From assembly GCA_002269645.1 (NCBI GenBank), contig NIVC01000158.1, positions 1-64,000 on the forward strand: a DNA stretch of 64,000 bases. The letters are read 5' to 3'. This DNA comes from Macrostomum lignano. Taxonomy: Eukaryota. This document shows, one piece after another, positions 1-11,605 of the stretch. Under the pieces are notes generated by a model. That model made no database searches. It was not told the DNA's origin and was given only the letters and a program-made list of their open reading frames with translations. The translations under genes were made by a program, and so were the position numbers. Each line of letters starts with the position of its first letter. The stretch's first letter is position 1.

Positions 1-565
1 TTTTACTATAAATAATTGGAAAAGTATTCAAAGTAAATAATAAGACTCAAACACGATTGATACAGTAATTTGTAAAGCGGATACACTAGATAATGAAGAT
101 CGAATTAATTGTCCTAGCAATTACTCGTGCCTTACATTAAATTATATTTATTATGGGCAAATAATTACATTACAGATGTCAGTACGTAAAGTAGGAATGT
201 ATCAAAGATTTCTGATGATAAAAGAGCTACGACCACTTTCAAATCAATTGGTTTGAAACCTGATAGTTTTGGAAGAATCAGACGGCGTGTCTTGATGTTT
301 TATATGGGATTCATCAAACCGTTATTTACAAACCTCATAATATATTGTATATTCTCAATAAGGATTAAGTCATACATACTGCATCCAGTCCAGTTTAACT
401 AAAATTTACTTTTTGTTAAAAATTAAGAATCATAATGGCACGCAATGAATAAGATGGATAGATAATTATAGTGATAACATTTTATCTATAAAAGTTAAGC
501 TACAAAAAGAAAAATCACTTTAGAATCATTAGCATACTACTGAATACGTCTAGTAGTTAATTGAT

Positions 566-3500
566 TCACTTTTTCTTCATGCCAAACAAGCTGCCAATGC
601 CTTTGCCCTTCTTCGCCTTGCCAACTCGGCCGCTTCGTGATGACCTCCATCCATCTCGTCGTCTGGCATCTCGTGCGGCGCTGCAGTGGAATAAAAATTG
701 TGCATAAAAATCCTCAATATGCTACTTAAAATTTATAGTAGTATTGAACTCAGAGATAATAATGCTTTACCATCGTGGCCTGATTCGGAGCCTTTCTTCT
801 TTTTGTCTTTTTTGCTGCCTTCTTCACCGGCATCGGGCTGGGAAATGGTGGAGTTTAGAAAGAGGATATAAGTAAGGTAACTAACAATATGACGAGGCGT
901 TACAATCAGTAAATTTACTGCGCCGTTGACCCTTAACTTTAGATATGGTAAACTTTTAAGCAAGTTGATTGGAAACCGATATCGCTTTGTCTTTGAAACT
1001 CTAGGCGAGCTTTGCCCATAGACAAGGACTAACTCAAGATTTCCCGTTACGCATCTCCACTGCATTCTTCCTCCCGCAATGAACGACTACCCAAGGCTAG
1101 ACTCCACAACTCACGCGGCTGATAGCCAACAGGGCAGCTCCGGCCTCCTCAAGCGTGGCCGCCTCTACTAGCAAAGCCAGCTCCTCCGGGGTCGGCTTCT
1201 GCACAACCAGGCGCACCCGATCACCGGTGCCTTCAGCGTGGCCACAGCCTGCTGATGCGTGCAGCCGTGCAAGACGACGCCGTCAACGGCTAGCAGCCGG
1301 TCGCCGAACTCGATGCTGCCGTCCTGCTGGGCGGCGCCGCCGTCAATGATCTTAGTGACGAATATGGAGTCGTCGCCCGCCAGATGTTGGTTGTCAACGC
1401 CGCCAGCGATGCTGAAGCCGAGGCCATTGAGCGTCTTGGTGAGGATCACCTGTGAGCGAGAGATTGGGCAGTGTAAAACATCTGAGTGCGCCGCATTTAT
1501 ACGCTTGTCAGATATGGAAATGGAATTCTCCAATTACAATGATGCAAATGGGGTTTTTCCCATAACAGTCATGCAAATGGGATTTCTCCCCATTACAGCA
1601 TTCATGCAAATGGGATTTCTCCACATTACAGTCATGCAAATAGGATTTCTCCCATTGCAGTCTTGCAAATGGGATTTCTCCCATTACAATCATTCAAATT
1701 GGATTTCTCCCATTATAGTCCTGCAAATGGGATTTCTCCCATTATAGTCCTGCAAATGGGATTTCTCCCCATTACAGACATGCAAATGGATTTCTCCCAT
1801 TACAGTCTTGTAAATTGGGATTTCTCCCCATTACAATCATTCAAATGGGACTTGTGCCCCTTTTTTTTGCAGGCATACAAATGTAACCACATCTACAGAT
1901 AGATAAGAACTAGAAATGGGATTTTAATGAACGACACTCAAAACTTTTTAAATTCCCAAACCTGAAAATCAAAGATCCTCACCTCAAAGGATCCATTCTC
2001 GGCCATCTGCGGCGCCCCGCCGAGCTGCTGTGGCGGCGCTGCTGCTGCATCATCGGCGCCCGCAGCAGCAGCAGGCGAAGCTGATTGCCAGACATCTTCA
2101 ACGCGTTCACTGCGGCGCGTGCGACACGGCGGTGACGTCAACGCCGTTGACGGCGAGAATGACGTCATCGACGCGCATCCGACCGTCGAGTTCGGCGACG
2201 CGCAGGCACAACCTTGGTGACAAAGACCCGACTGTCGCCGGGCAGGTGAGGCTCGTCCACGCCACCGGCGATGCTGAAACCGAAGCCGCCTTGACTGGCC
2301 CGCTGCAGCACGATCTCGAAGGCGCCGTCGGAGGCCGATGCGGCGGCAGCTGCGGCCCGCTCGGCGAGTCACGGTGCTGTTTCTGTAGGCGGAGAGACCA
2401 GGCCCAATTTTTCTGATATATGCTCTGCTCACTACTACTCAGTAGTTTTCTTACTATTGTTGTTAATCCTTATAGAGCGAGAAGACAAGCAGTTACGACC
2501 ATCCTGCTGAGTCCAGAGCTAGAACATGGTCACACAGGCACACGCTCACACAGGGTGTACAGTGGCCTTGAGTTACTTCAGGGTTAGGCAGGGGTTACCC
2601 GTTTAGGGTTAGGCATTAAGCTACTCTGCGTGAAGCATTTTGGTTGGGGATATTCAAAGTCTATCTTGTTAACTGTTCTCTATGCTGTAAAGCCTGTCTA
2701 TACTACTTTTGAGGGGCTTGTACAGAAAAAATTTCCCCAGGGGCTTGACATGCGTTTCACGCCTATGAGCACCAACCCCCAAGACACAGAGAATGTGCAT
2801 GCCTGATGGTTGTGAGCGTCTCTAATGTGTATGAGTGCGTGTCTGGCTGCCTGTGTACGGTATCTGTGCGCTTGTATGTGTTCAGGAGTCAGGTCGGATA
2901 ATAATATGATTGATTACATCTGCCCTGATGGCCAGATGTGCAACCGACAGCTCAGTCGCAGCTATTGCGCGGCGCGTCTGAACGCTGCGTACGGATGTTC
3001 AGTCCAGGGACTGGGGGGTCACACACCCTCACCCTCAATTACCCCAGCTAATGCTGGCACCCATTTTACAGCTGGGTGAACTGAAGCAATGCAGAGTTAA
3101 GTGTCCTGCTCAGGGACACAAATACAAATTGTTCCAGTGGGATCGAGAATCGAACCCCGACCTTCAAGTCGTGAGTCCGACGCTCCAACCACTAGACTAC
3201 AACCCTTTGGGAGTCAGAGGAATGCGCTGAAGTAGCTCAGCGCTAATCGTGGGACGATGTCGCCAAAGGCGTTGAGCCAGGGTGCCCACAGCCCTCCTGT
3301 GAATAGATCAATTGATGCATTTATTTAACCTGCTGCACACCTGAGACTTCTGCTTAGCGGCGCCAGGCTGATGACTGGGCGGCGCAGTCTCGGCCCATCT
3401 GTCGGGCTCCTTCACGGATTCCAGGGCTCGCTGCTCCGCCGTTTTGTTTTCGTCTATCAGGGTCACTTCGTAGAATTCTTGGATGTCTGCGCGGATGGGC

Positions 3501-6288
3501 GATTCTTAGATTACCTCCACATCCCTGCATCTCCGATTCTGTACTCCTTAAACTGCCTCGCATCATTGCATCTCCGAATCCCTGCCTTCTAAACTGTTTC
3601 ACATTCCTGCATCTCCGAATCCCTGCCTTCTAAGCTGTCTCACATCCCTGCATCTCCGATTATCTACTCCCTATACTGCCTCACATCCCTGCATCTTCGA
3701 TTCCCTGCTCCCTAAACTGTCTCACATCCCTGCATCTCCGATTATCTACTCCCTATACTGCCTCACATCCCTGCATCTTCGATTCCCTGCTCCCTAAACT
3801 GTCTCACATCCCTGCATCTCCGATTCCCCGCTCCCTAAACTGTCTCACATCCCTGCATCTCCGATTCCCGCTCCCTAAACTGTCTCACATCCCTGCATCT
3901 TCGATTTCCTGCTCCCTAAACTGTCTCACATCCCTGCATCTCTGATTATCTACTCCCTAAACTGCCTCGCATCCCTGCATCTCCGATTCCTACCCCCTAT
4001 GCCCATAACTTTCCCTATTTCTAGGGAATAAACTTACTCTAAGCACCCCTACTCTTTTTCTTCCTGAAATTTACAATGCCACGCAAACTAACTCCCATAT
4101 GACCATAGCAAAGTACATTTCTTGCAAAGAAATCTTTACAAAAGTTCAAACATTACCCAGCAGGGCATTAAACAGCTTGGACTTGAAGATCTTGATGACT
4201 CGTTCAATAGATGCGCGTAGTTGAGCATCCTCGGTGGTATTAAGGCGCCTATGGTATTGCTCTAGTAGCTCTAGGGCTCTGGTTGCATCTGTCAATAAAT
4301 ATGGTTGATCAATATTTATACTATATCAGGTTGAGAGTGCATATATACAATTGGACTTAAAACAATCTAATAAGATAAAAATATTTTATCTATGCCGAAG
4401 CTTATTTAGCTGAGTGAAAGTTTCCAAACTAAAGACTCATTGTAGTTAAATTATGGGCTATGCAAATAAGATCATTGATGCAAATTACATGACTGAATGA
4501 AAGCAACTATGGCTCTTAACAATGTTAGCAATATAGCTTAGAAAAGAAAAATAATAGGATTGCACCATAACCAAAACTTCTATATCTATAGAAAATAATT
4601 TATTTCTTTAAATAAAATAAATAAAACATACTTAAATTAAAATTTCCTAGGCTTTTTTCATTGTATTTTCATTTTCTTCTAAAGATAAAAACAGGAACCT
4701 ATCAATAAATTGTTTTTCTTATTCAATAATTCTTGGATGCAAGATATCTATGTTATTTCAAATCTAGACTTATCAGATATTATGTCTTCTTTTCTCTATA
4801 TCCTTTATGCATGTCTATAAATTAATATAGGTTTTCATATTAAAAGAGACCAACCTTTTACCTCTATAGCATTTTAATAATATAAATGAAAAGATTGTTG
4901 GGCAATTCCCACTGCACTCTTATATTCCTATCCTCATTTCTTAGCAGATAGAACTACCCTTCCTAGCTCTCTATTTAGTAATTTAGATGTTTTTAGTCAT
5001 TACTCATTTGTTATAATCAATAATTGCTAATCTTCTAAGATGGAATCTTGATTTTTTAATAGAAACCTATATTGAATTTTTTGCTTAATCTTCTAGGATA
5101 GACTCTTAACATGGCAATTTTGAAACAAAAAACTTGTAGCTATGCAGAATTTTTTGTTGAAGTGTCTAACTGTAAAAAACATGCAAGTTTATTCATATTG
5201 CAACAATAAAGGTCTTTTTGTGATTTTAATAGTAAATAACTTTTGGGAAGCCACTTGCATCCTATTTTTATGTGTCACAACACAAGTAGAATACAATTTT
5301 TTCCAAATAGACCTAATTCATGCTAATTTCTAGTTTTTATTGTTGCATAAGATTTTTACAAAGTCTATATAATTGTATAAGTTGGTCAAGGGAATGTCTT
5401 AGTTTCTTGTGTTAAATTATTTTGACTTAATTTTTAGTATTTTCAGTATAAATCATGGCTGGAAAACCTTGAGTGCTTGTAAATATTGTACCTCCTGCCA
5501 ATTTGTGGCCATTAGCCGACCTTTATGACCTTAAGATTAGTCACCATAATCTGGTGCTATTATTGTATTAACAGTTGATGCTAAGTCAACTTTGCCTGCA
5601 TTAAATTATTTTGAGCCAAAATTTAAAATAAACAAACAAAAGCAAGTTTCTTAAAGATTTAAAATGAGGCTTTAGTCTTAAAAAGAGTATTACATGGTGA
5701 AGCTTTGTAGTCAACATTATACCAATGACAACATTTTTGACTCCCACCTTAGCAAGTTTCTCTGGCATCAACTCTACCTAGAAAAGAGCTTTGGCAACTT
5801 TCTGTACTGGCTGACACATTACTAAGCTGTGTAATACTCCTTTTAAGACCTAAGACTTGTTTTAAATCTTTGATAAACTTGCTTTTGTTTGTTCATTTCA
5901 AATTTTGGGTCAAAATAATTTAACGCGGGAAACTAGGACATTGCCATTGGTCAACAATATGCATGCAAGTGTGCAAGTTTTTTCAGCATTCACAGAATGT
6001 GTCTAGGATGTTGTACAAAAGTTCCACCCTGACTAGGCCTAATCCTATGAATCTCAGATCCTAATTCTAATCTATTCTAAAAAAAGGCCTAATTTTAACA
6101 CTTTTTGGAAAAAATATCAAGTTGCTAAAAATTGTGGGGGGGGGCCAGGTACTATTGATGGCCTCCCTCTACTTTAAAAGTGGGGGGTATGGCCTTCCCT
6201 ATTATAGATCCAATTTTGGATTCACGTTTTAATAATAAAATGCCTGTAATATTAAAATCAATTACTTACCTTCTTTTCGAACAGGCAT
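566..6288 (-). CDS. dlg1: Discs large (DLG1/SAP97-like) MAGUK, 5' part: L27 + PDZ1 + PDZ2; apparent frameshifts in the PDZ exons
   Basis: Manual minus-strand translation with GT-AG boundaries. Exon 6270-6288 gives MPVRKE(D). Exon 4157-4288 gives DATRALELLEQYHRRLNTTEDAQLRASIERVIKIFKSKLFNALL (L27). Exon 3341-3486 gives DIQEFYEVTLIDENK. Exon 1983-2382 is PDZ1 (GFGFSIAGGVDEPHLPGDSRVFVTKV). Exon 1115-1449 is PDZ2 (GLGFSIAGGVDNQHLAGDDSIFVTKII). Probable Lys-rich exons lie at 771-837 and ~566-680. The match to DLG1 motifs is from family knowledge. The 3' end is uncertain and may continue beyond the window. Confidence 0.9.
1510..1860. repeat. Degenerate ~30-bp minisatellite (ATGCAAATGGGATTTCTCCCCATTACAGTC) in the dlg1 intron between the PDZ exons
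   Basis: Visible tandem units; explains the spurious ORFs 1259-1747, 1508-1693 and 1663-1902. Confidence 0.85.
2898..3205 (-). mobile_element. tRNA-derived SINE with CORE-like central domain
   Basis: The minus strand starts GGGTTGTAGTCTAGTGGTTGGAGCGTCGGACTCACGACTTGAAGGTCGGGGTTCGATTCTCGATCCC, with A box TAGTCTAGTGG and B box GGTTCGATTC. It continues TTGTGTCCCTGAGCAGGACACTTAACTCTGCATTGCTTCAGTTCACCCAGCTGTAAAATGGG, resembling the CORE domain, and ends in a short (ATT)n tail near 2898-2906. Confidence 0.8.
3515..3990. repeat. ~41-bp minisatellite (CTCACATCCCTGCATCTCCGATTCCCTGCTCCCTAAACTGT) in a dlg1 intron
   Basis: About 11-12 visible tandem units. Confidence 0.9.
5601..5923. mobile_element. Old foldback/MITE-like element, ~94-bp imperfect inverted repeats
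   Basis: 5601-5694 (TTAAATTATTTTGAGCCAAAATTT...GAGTATTACA) is the imperfect reverse complement of 5830-5923. Confidence 0.6.
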
Positions 6289-8361
6289 TCCCTATTCTAA
6301 TAATAATTTTAGAGGAGTAAATAATCAATTTAGAGACAACTCAACCTAAATAAAGGAGAATATTTCTATTGTTTTTTATGACAGTGGCTCAGATATCACA
6401 GGCCCAGTCTTTGAACTTAGCTTTTAGTAATGCGGAAAAGACCAGCTTCAAAAAGCAAAAGGAAATGCATATACTTAAAACGTATTTTAGTGAATTCAGC
6501 ACAATATTAAATTGAAAATAACTTAAAATTCTTTTTAAAAGAGTTTTTTAACAGTTTAGAAGATAAATTTAAATAGAAGTACAAAGCTAAAAGCTGATTT
6601 GTTAAAACGAACACCTGCTAACTTAAAAATAGCTTTTTCTGCGAAATCACTTCGCAATTTCAACAAGAAGACGCTTAGACACCAAACCTCCAGGTACCTT
6701 CTATAGTTTACTATTTTATCGGCATATTGTGCATAATAAATATCCGCAAAATGTAGCTATGTCAAATTGTGCGCTAACTAATTTATTTATTTTCGTACTG
6801 AAATAATCAGCTGGCATTTTCTATATATTTACTTTGCAGTTTTCTGGCACAAAATTTTATTGATTAATTTGTATATTGCACTTGGGGGTTTGTCTGATTA
6901 GGCTTATTTTCGGATGAAGCTTGTTTATCAATTGATTTGTTTACATGTTAATTATAAATATACACTTACAGTCAGTTAGTAGTGGCTTTCTCATTTCTTT
7001 TTTGTTTGTGGGCCCTTAGCCATCTAGCTTTTCTTACTTTCACAAGTTTATCCTTTTGCCACTTACCTTAGCCCACCAATCAACAGGGTCCCAACTGGCC
7101 TTTGCAAATCACAACCAGAACCCATTGCATTAAAAGTCCATAAAATACCAATTTACATTACCTGATTATCCTAGATTAGAATTTTGGCTACTAATTTAGA
7201 TCATTGACTCAATCAAATTAAATTAAATTAACCACTACATAAAAGTCTTCTGCCTTAATTGTCACATATCTATTGCTCTGTTTATTCATCTTAAATTTTA
7301 TCAATATAATAAAAACCTTGAAATTTTCTAGAAAAAGTTTTAAAATTGTTTTTAGACTCATTTCTCATTCAATTTTTTTTCAAATACAAGAGTTGAGACA
7401 AAATAATACCTATACAGCTATATATGCATTATACATTGGCCTTTATACTAATGAATTGGCTATTCATTGATCTCATCTTTATTATATCATAAAAATTCAT
7501 TAATTATTGTCTATTACCATTTTGGCACTATGGGTCTAAATCCAAATTCATGATGCCAAAGAAATTGCAGCATTATACTATATAGGAACCATTTGGCATC
7601 AAAAACCCTAGTCCTAGGGCTTAATAAATTAATTGTCATTCTCTATGGCATATGTCTAATGTACTAGAGTCCAGGTCATAGTTTATACTAGGCCTAATAA
7701 TAATTGCTAGTGAATTGAAATAGTTTCAAAGGACCTAGTCTAATTGGCAATAAAAATTAGGGTTGGGGTTGTATGCCCTCAAGAATTAAAAATCTTAGTT
7801 GGAGATTCTTATAGGTATAGATGTAGAAATTTTTAAATGGGAGATGCAAGTTATTAAGGTACATGTATCTACCTAATATTGAATTAGAAATCCAACTTGG
7901 CAAATTTAAAGGGGAGGAACATAGGGTATATGGCCTCTCATCAAGTTTTTCGATGCAGAAAAGGATATTAATATGCTCCTTAATAACAATTCCAATGAAT
8001 AAATAACTTAATCTTAAGTTTAAAAAATGTTTAATTGGCAAGATAGACGGTCATGCATAAAATTGTCAACTATATAGTATAAATTTTTGTTGGCTATTGA
8101 TACTTTGTTTAAATTTTATTATATCTCTCCTAGCAATTTATGTTCTCTTTGTTATACTTTTGCTTTTCATACTTTGGCTTTTCAGATAGCAAGTATAAGA
8201 AAATTTCTAAATCTACCTGAAGTACAAGTGGCTACTTTAATAACTTTAATAAATAATATGATTTACTTACAAATGTATAGAAAATTTACTAGTACAAATT
8301 TAAGATGCTAGAAACTCCACACTTGTGTTGAAATCTATCCTTTCATGTTAGCCCATACGCC

Positions 8362-10468
8362 ATGATAGGCGGCCTATTTGTCTACAACCACAAAGGCGAG
8401 GTGCTGATCTCTCGTGTCTACCGAGACGACATCGGCCGCAACGCTGTAGACGCATTTCGCGTCAATGTAATCCACGCCAGACAGCAGGTCCGCTCCCCGG
8501 TGAACATGATCGCCAGGACCAGCTTCTTTCACGTGAAGCGGTCCAACATCTGGCTCTGCGCCGTCTCTAAAAAGAATCTAAATGCCGCGCTGGTGTTTCA
8601 ATTTCTCTATAAAATGCTGGAAGTTATGGGATCATACTTTGGCAAAATTAATGAGGAAAATATTAAAAATAATTTTGTGCTCATCTATGAGCTGCTAGAC
8701 GAGCTGCTTGATTATGGCTATCCGCAGAACACTGACACTGGAGTGCTCAAGACCTTCATCACTCAGCAGGGCGTCAAGTCGCAGACCAAGGAGGAGACTA
8801 CTAAGATTACCAATCAGGTGAGATTATCACATATACAGCATCTGAATATTAAATCCTTTGACTGACTGACTGACTGACTGACTGACTGACTGACTGACTG
8901 ACTGACTGACTGACTGACTGACTGACTGACTGACTGACTGACTGACTGACTGACTGACTGACTGACTGACTGACTGACTGACTGACTGACTGACTGACTG
9001 ACTGACTGACTGACTGACTGACTGACTGACTGACTGACTGACTGACTGACTGACTGACTGACTGACTGACTGACTGACTGACTGACTGACTGACTGACTG
9101 ACTGACTGACTGACTGACTGACTGACTGACTGACTGACTGACTGACTGACTGACTGACTGACTGACTGACTGACTGACTGACTGACTGACTGACTGACTA
9201 ACTAACTAACTAACTAACTAACTATTCATTTATAACTATAACTATTAATTTGTCCTAATTTCTCCCTCTCCAAGGTCACGGGCCAGATTGCCTGGCGCCG
9301 CGAGGGCATCAAGTACCGCCGCAACGAGCTGTTCCTAGACGTGGTTGAGTCCGTCAACCTGCTGATGTCGCCCCAAGGCCAGGTGCTGTCCGCCCACGTG
9401 TCCGGCCGGGTGCTAATGAAATCCTACCTGTCCGGCATGCCAGAGTGCAAGTTCGGCATCAACGACAAGGTGATCGTCGAGAGCCGTCGCGCTGCCGACT
9501 CATCGTCCGCCGCCGGCGCCACCAAGTCCGGCCACATCGCCATCGACGACTGCCAGTTCCACCAGTGCGTGAAGCTCAGCAAGTTCGACACGGAGCACGC
9601 CATCTCGTTCATCCCGCCTGACGGCGAGTTCGAGCTGATGCGCTACCGAAACACCAAGGACATCAGCCTGCCGTTCCGGGTCATCCCGCTGGTACGCGAG
9701 ATCGGCCGCACCAAGATGGAAGTCAAAGTGGTGGTTAAAAGCAATTTCAAACCGTCACTGTTGGCCCAGAAAGTTGAGGTCAGGATCCCCACCCCGCTAA
9801 ACACTAGCGGAGTGCAGGTGATCTGCATGAAGGGCAAGGCCAGGTACAAGGCCTCGGACAATGCCATCGTGTGGAAGATCAAACGGATGGGCGGTATGAA
9901 GGAGTGGCAGCTGAGCGCCGAAATCGATCTGCTCAACGCCACGGACAAGGCTAAGAAGTGGACCCGGCCGCCCATCTCCATGAACTTTGAGGTTTGTACC
10001 AGTCTGCTTGCTTTGCTGCCACTTTTGCTCACCTTGCCGTCACTAATCTTGCTTGGGAGTCTAATTAGTGACTGTTTATTAGGACTGTTCACTGTGACCT
10101 TTGGTGATTATTCCCACTGTGACCCTTGGAGGCGAATATTCCCTGTGACCATTGTTTCTGTCTATTCACTGTGACCCTTAGTAGTGACTGTTCACTGTGA
10201 GCCTTGGTGTTGACAGTTCACTGGCACCTTTGGTGGTGACTGTTCACACTCTGACCAGTGGCTGTGACTGTTCACTGTGACTATTTTCAAATACACTTCA
10301 GCATGCTAATTTGTAACAAATCGCTATTCTCAGGTGCCATTCGCTGCGTCGGGTTTCAAAGTGCGCTACCTGAAGGTGTTCGAGTCCAAGCTGAACTATT
10401 CCGATCACGACGTGATCAAGTGGGTTCGGTACATCGGCAAGAGCGGTCTGTACGAGACCAGGTGCTAG
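8362..10468 (+). CDS. AP2M1: AP-2 complex subunit mu (clathrin adaptor), 435 aa
   Basis: Exons 8362-8817, 9275-9991 and 10334-10468, all phase 0 with GT-AG introns. The protein starts [34 protein letters not shown] and ends [18 protein letters not shown], which are diagnostic mu2 termini. Confidence 0.98.
8860..9224 (+). repeat. (GACT)n microsatellite (~85 units) followed by a short (AACT)n, AP2M1 intron 1
   Basis: Directly visible. Confidence 0.97.
10085..10290 (+). repeat. Degenerate ~25-bp repeat (ACTGTTCACTGTGACCCTTGG...) in AP2M1 intron 2
   Basis: Recurrent CACTGTGACC motif at roughly 25-bp spacing. Confidence 0.65.
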
Positions 10469-11605
10469 GTGAAACGTTTCGATAAATATTAACTTGACAC
10501 ATTGATAAAGATATCGTAGATTCTTAAGACGGAATAATAAAGCAGTGCCAATCTTAATAATTGAAGCCGAAAAATTACGGCAAATAATATTAATAATGTT
10601 GCTTCAATATCTCGATAAATTTTCGTCTCTGACAAGTGGAAACTTGGATTATCGGATTATCGCCGTCCCTGATTTTCATTGCGCGCATATCATGCTACTT
10701 ACTTAGTAGCTAAAAAAGTTCAATCAAATAAAATTGGGCTACCTGTTTGCCTATTTTGCCAATTGATTAGTTACAATCGTGTCATTGATTTATTGCAATT
10801 TTGCTAACCCGATCGATTCCGACAATTATTTATATTTTTGTCTTATTTATTACATCATTTATTTTATTGTTTTGTTCTAATTTATTCGCTGGCCATACTA
10901 CTGTTGTTATTTAAGTAGCACGAAGTGAATCCAGCTATATTTTTTGACAAATTTTCTAACCTAATTAATATTGCTCAACGTCCGGGTTTTTGTTATTTAT
11001 ATTTCCAGTATTTATAGTACGCTCGTAATTAATCCAGTTTATTTATCATTCACGAAAAACTTCGCTATAGCGGAGGTGCCTTGCAATTTGATTCGCGTTG
11101 CCAGTTCCGCCTTGCCAACTTGTGTCACTTGTTTGTTTATAATTTGTGAACGAATTTAGTTTACTAAGTGAGGATCGGATATATTACGTTGTGCAATAAT
11201 TTTTGTGATTAATAAATAAATTAATGTTATTTTATTTTTTATTTCACAATATTCTTCCGAATAAGTTTTGCCGGCGTAAGGTGTATCTCATCTGTCTATA
11301 TAAAAATTGTCTATGAAATTGTATCTAATCAATTTTATCTTTATACGAAAATTTCAAACATTTAATGACTTTTTGTAATTTTTTTCTTCCCGTAATATTA
11401 TAATATTTGCTCTCTTACTGTGCTACATAACTAAGTTTACAAATAATAGAAGCAATTTAATACACTGAAATTGATTTGCTCATCTTGCTAGAAATATATC
11501 TATATAGGGACTAATTCTAATACTTCTATTTATGATATTTAAAATTGAAAATCTGTTTTCTGTTCTCTAATTTTTTGTTTTTATTTCTTTAATCACAGGT
11601 AAATA

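Noticed and set aside
3138-3205. tRNA gene
   Set aside because: The acceptor stem does not pair properly, and the sequence continues into a CORE-like domain and tail, so it is a SINE head.
9424-10092. Antisense ORFs within AP2M1 exon 2
   Set aside because: Shadows of a GC-rich coding exon.
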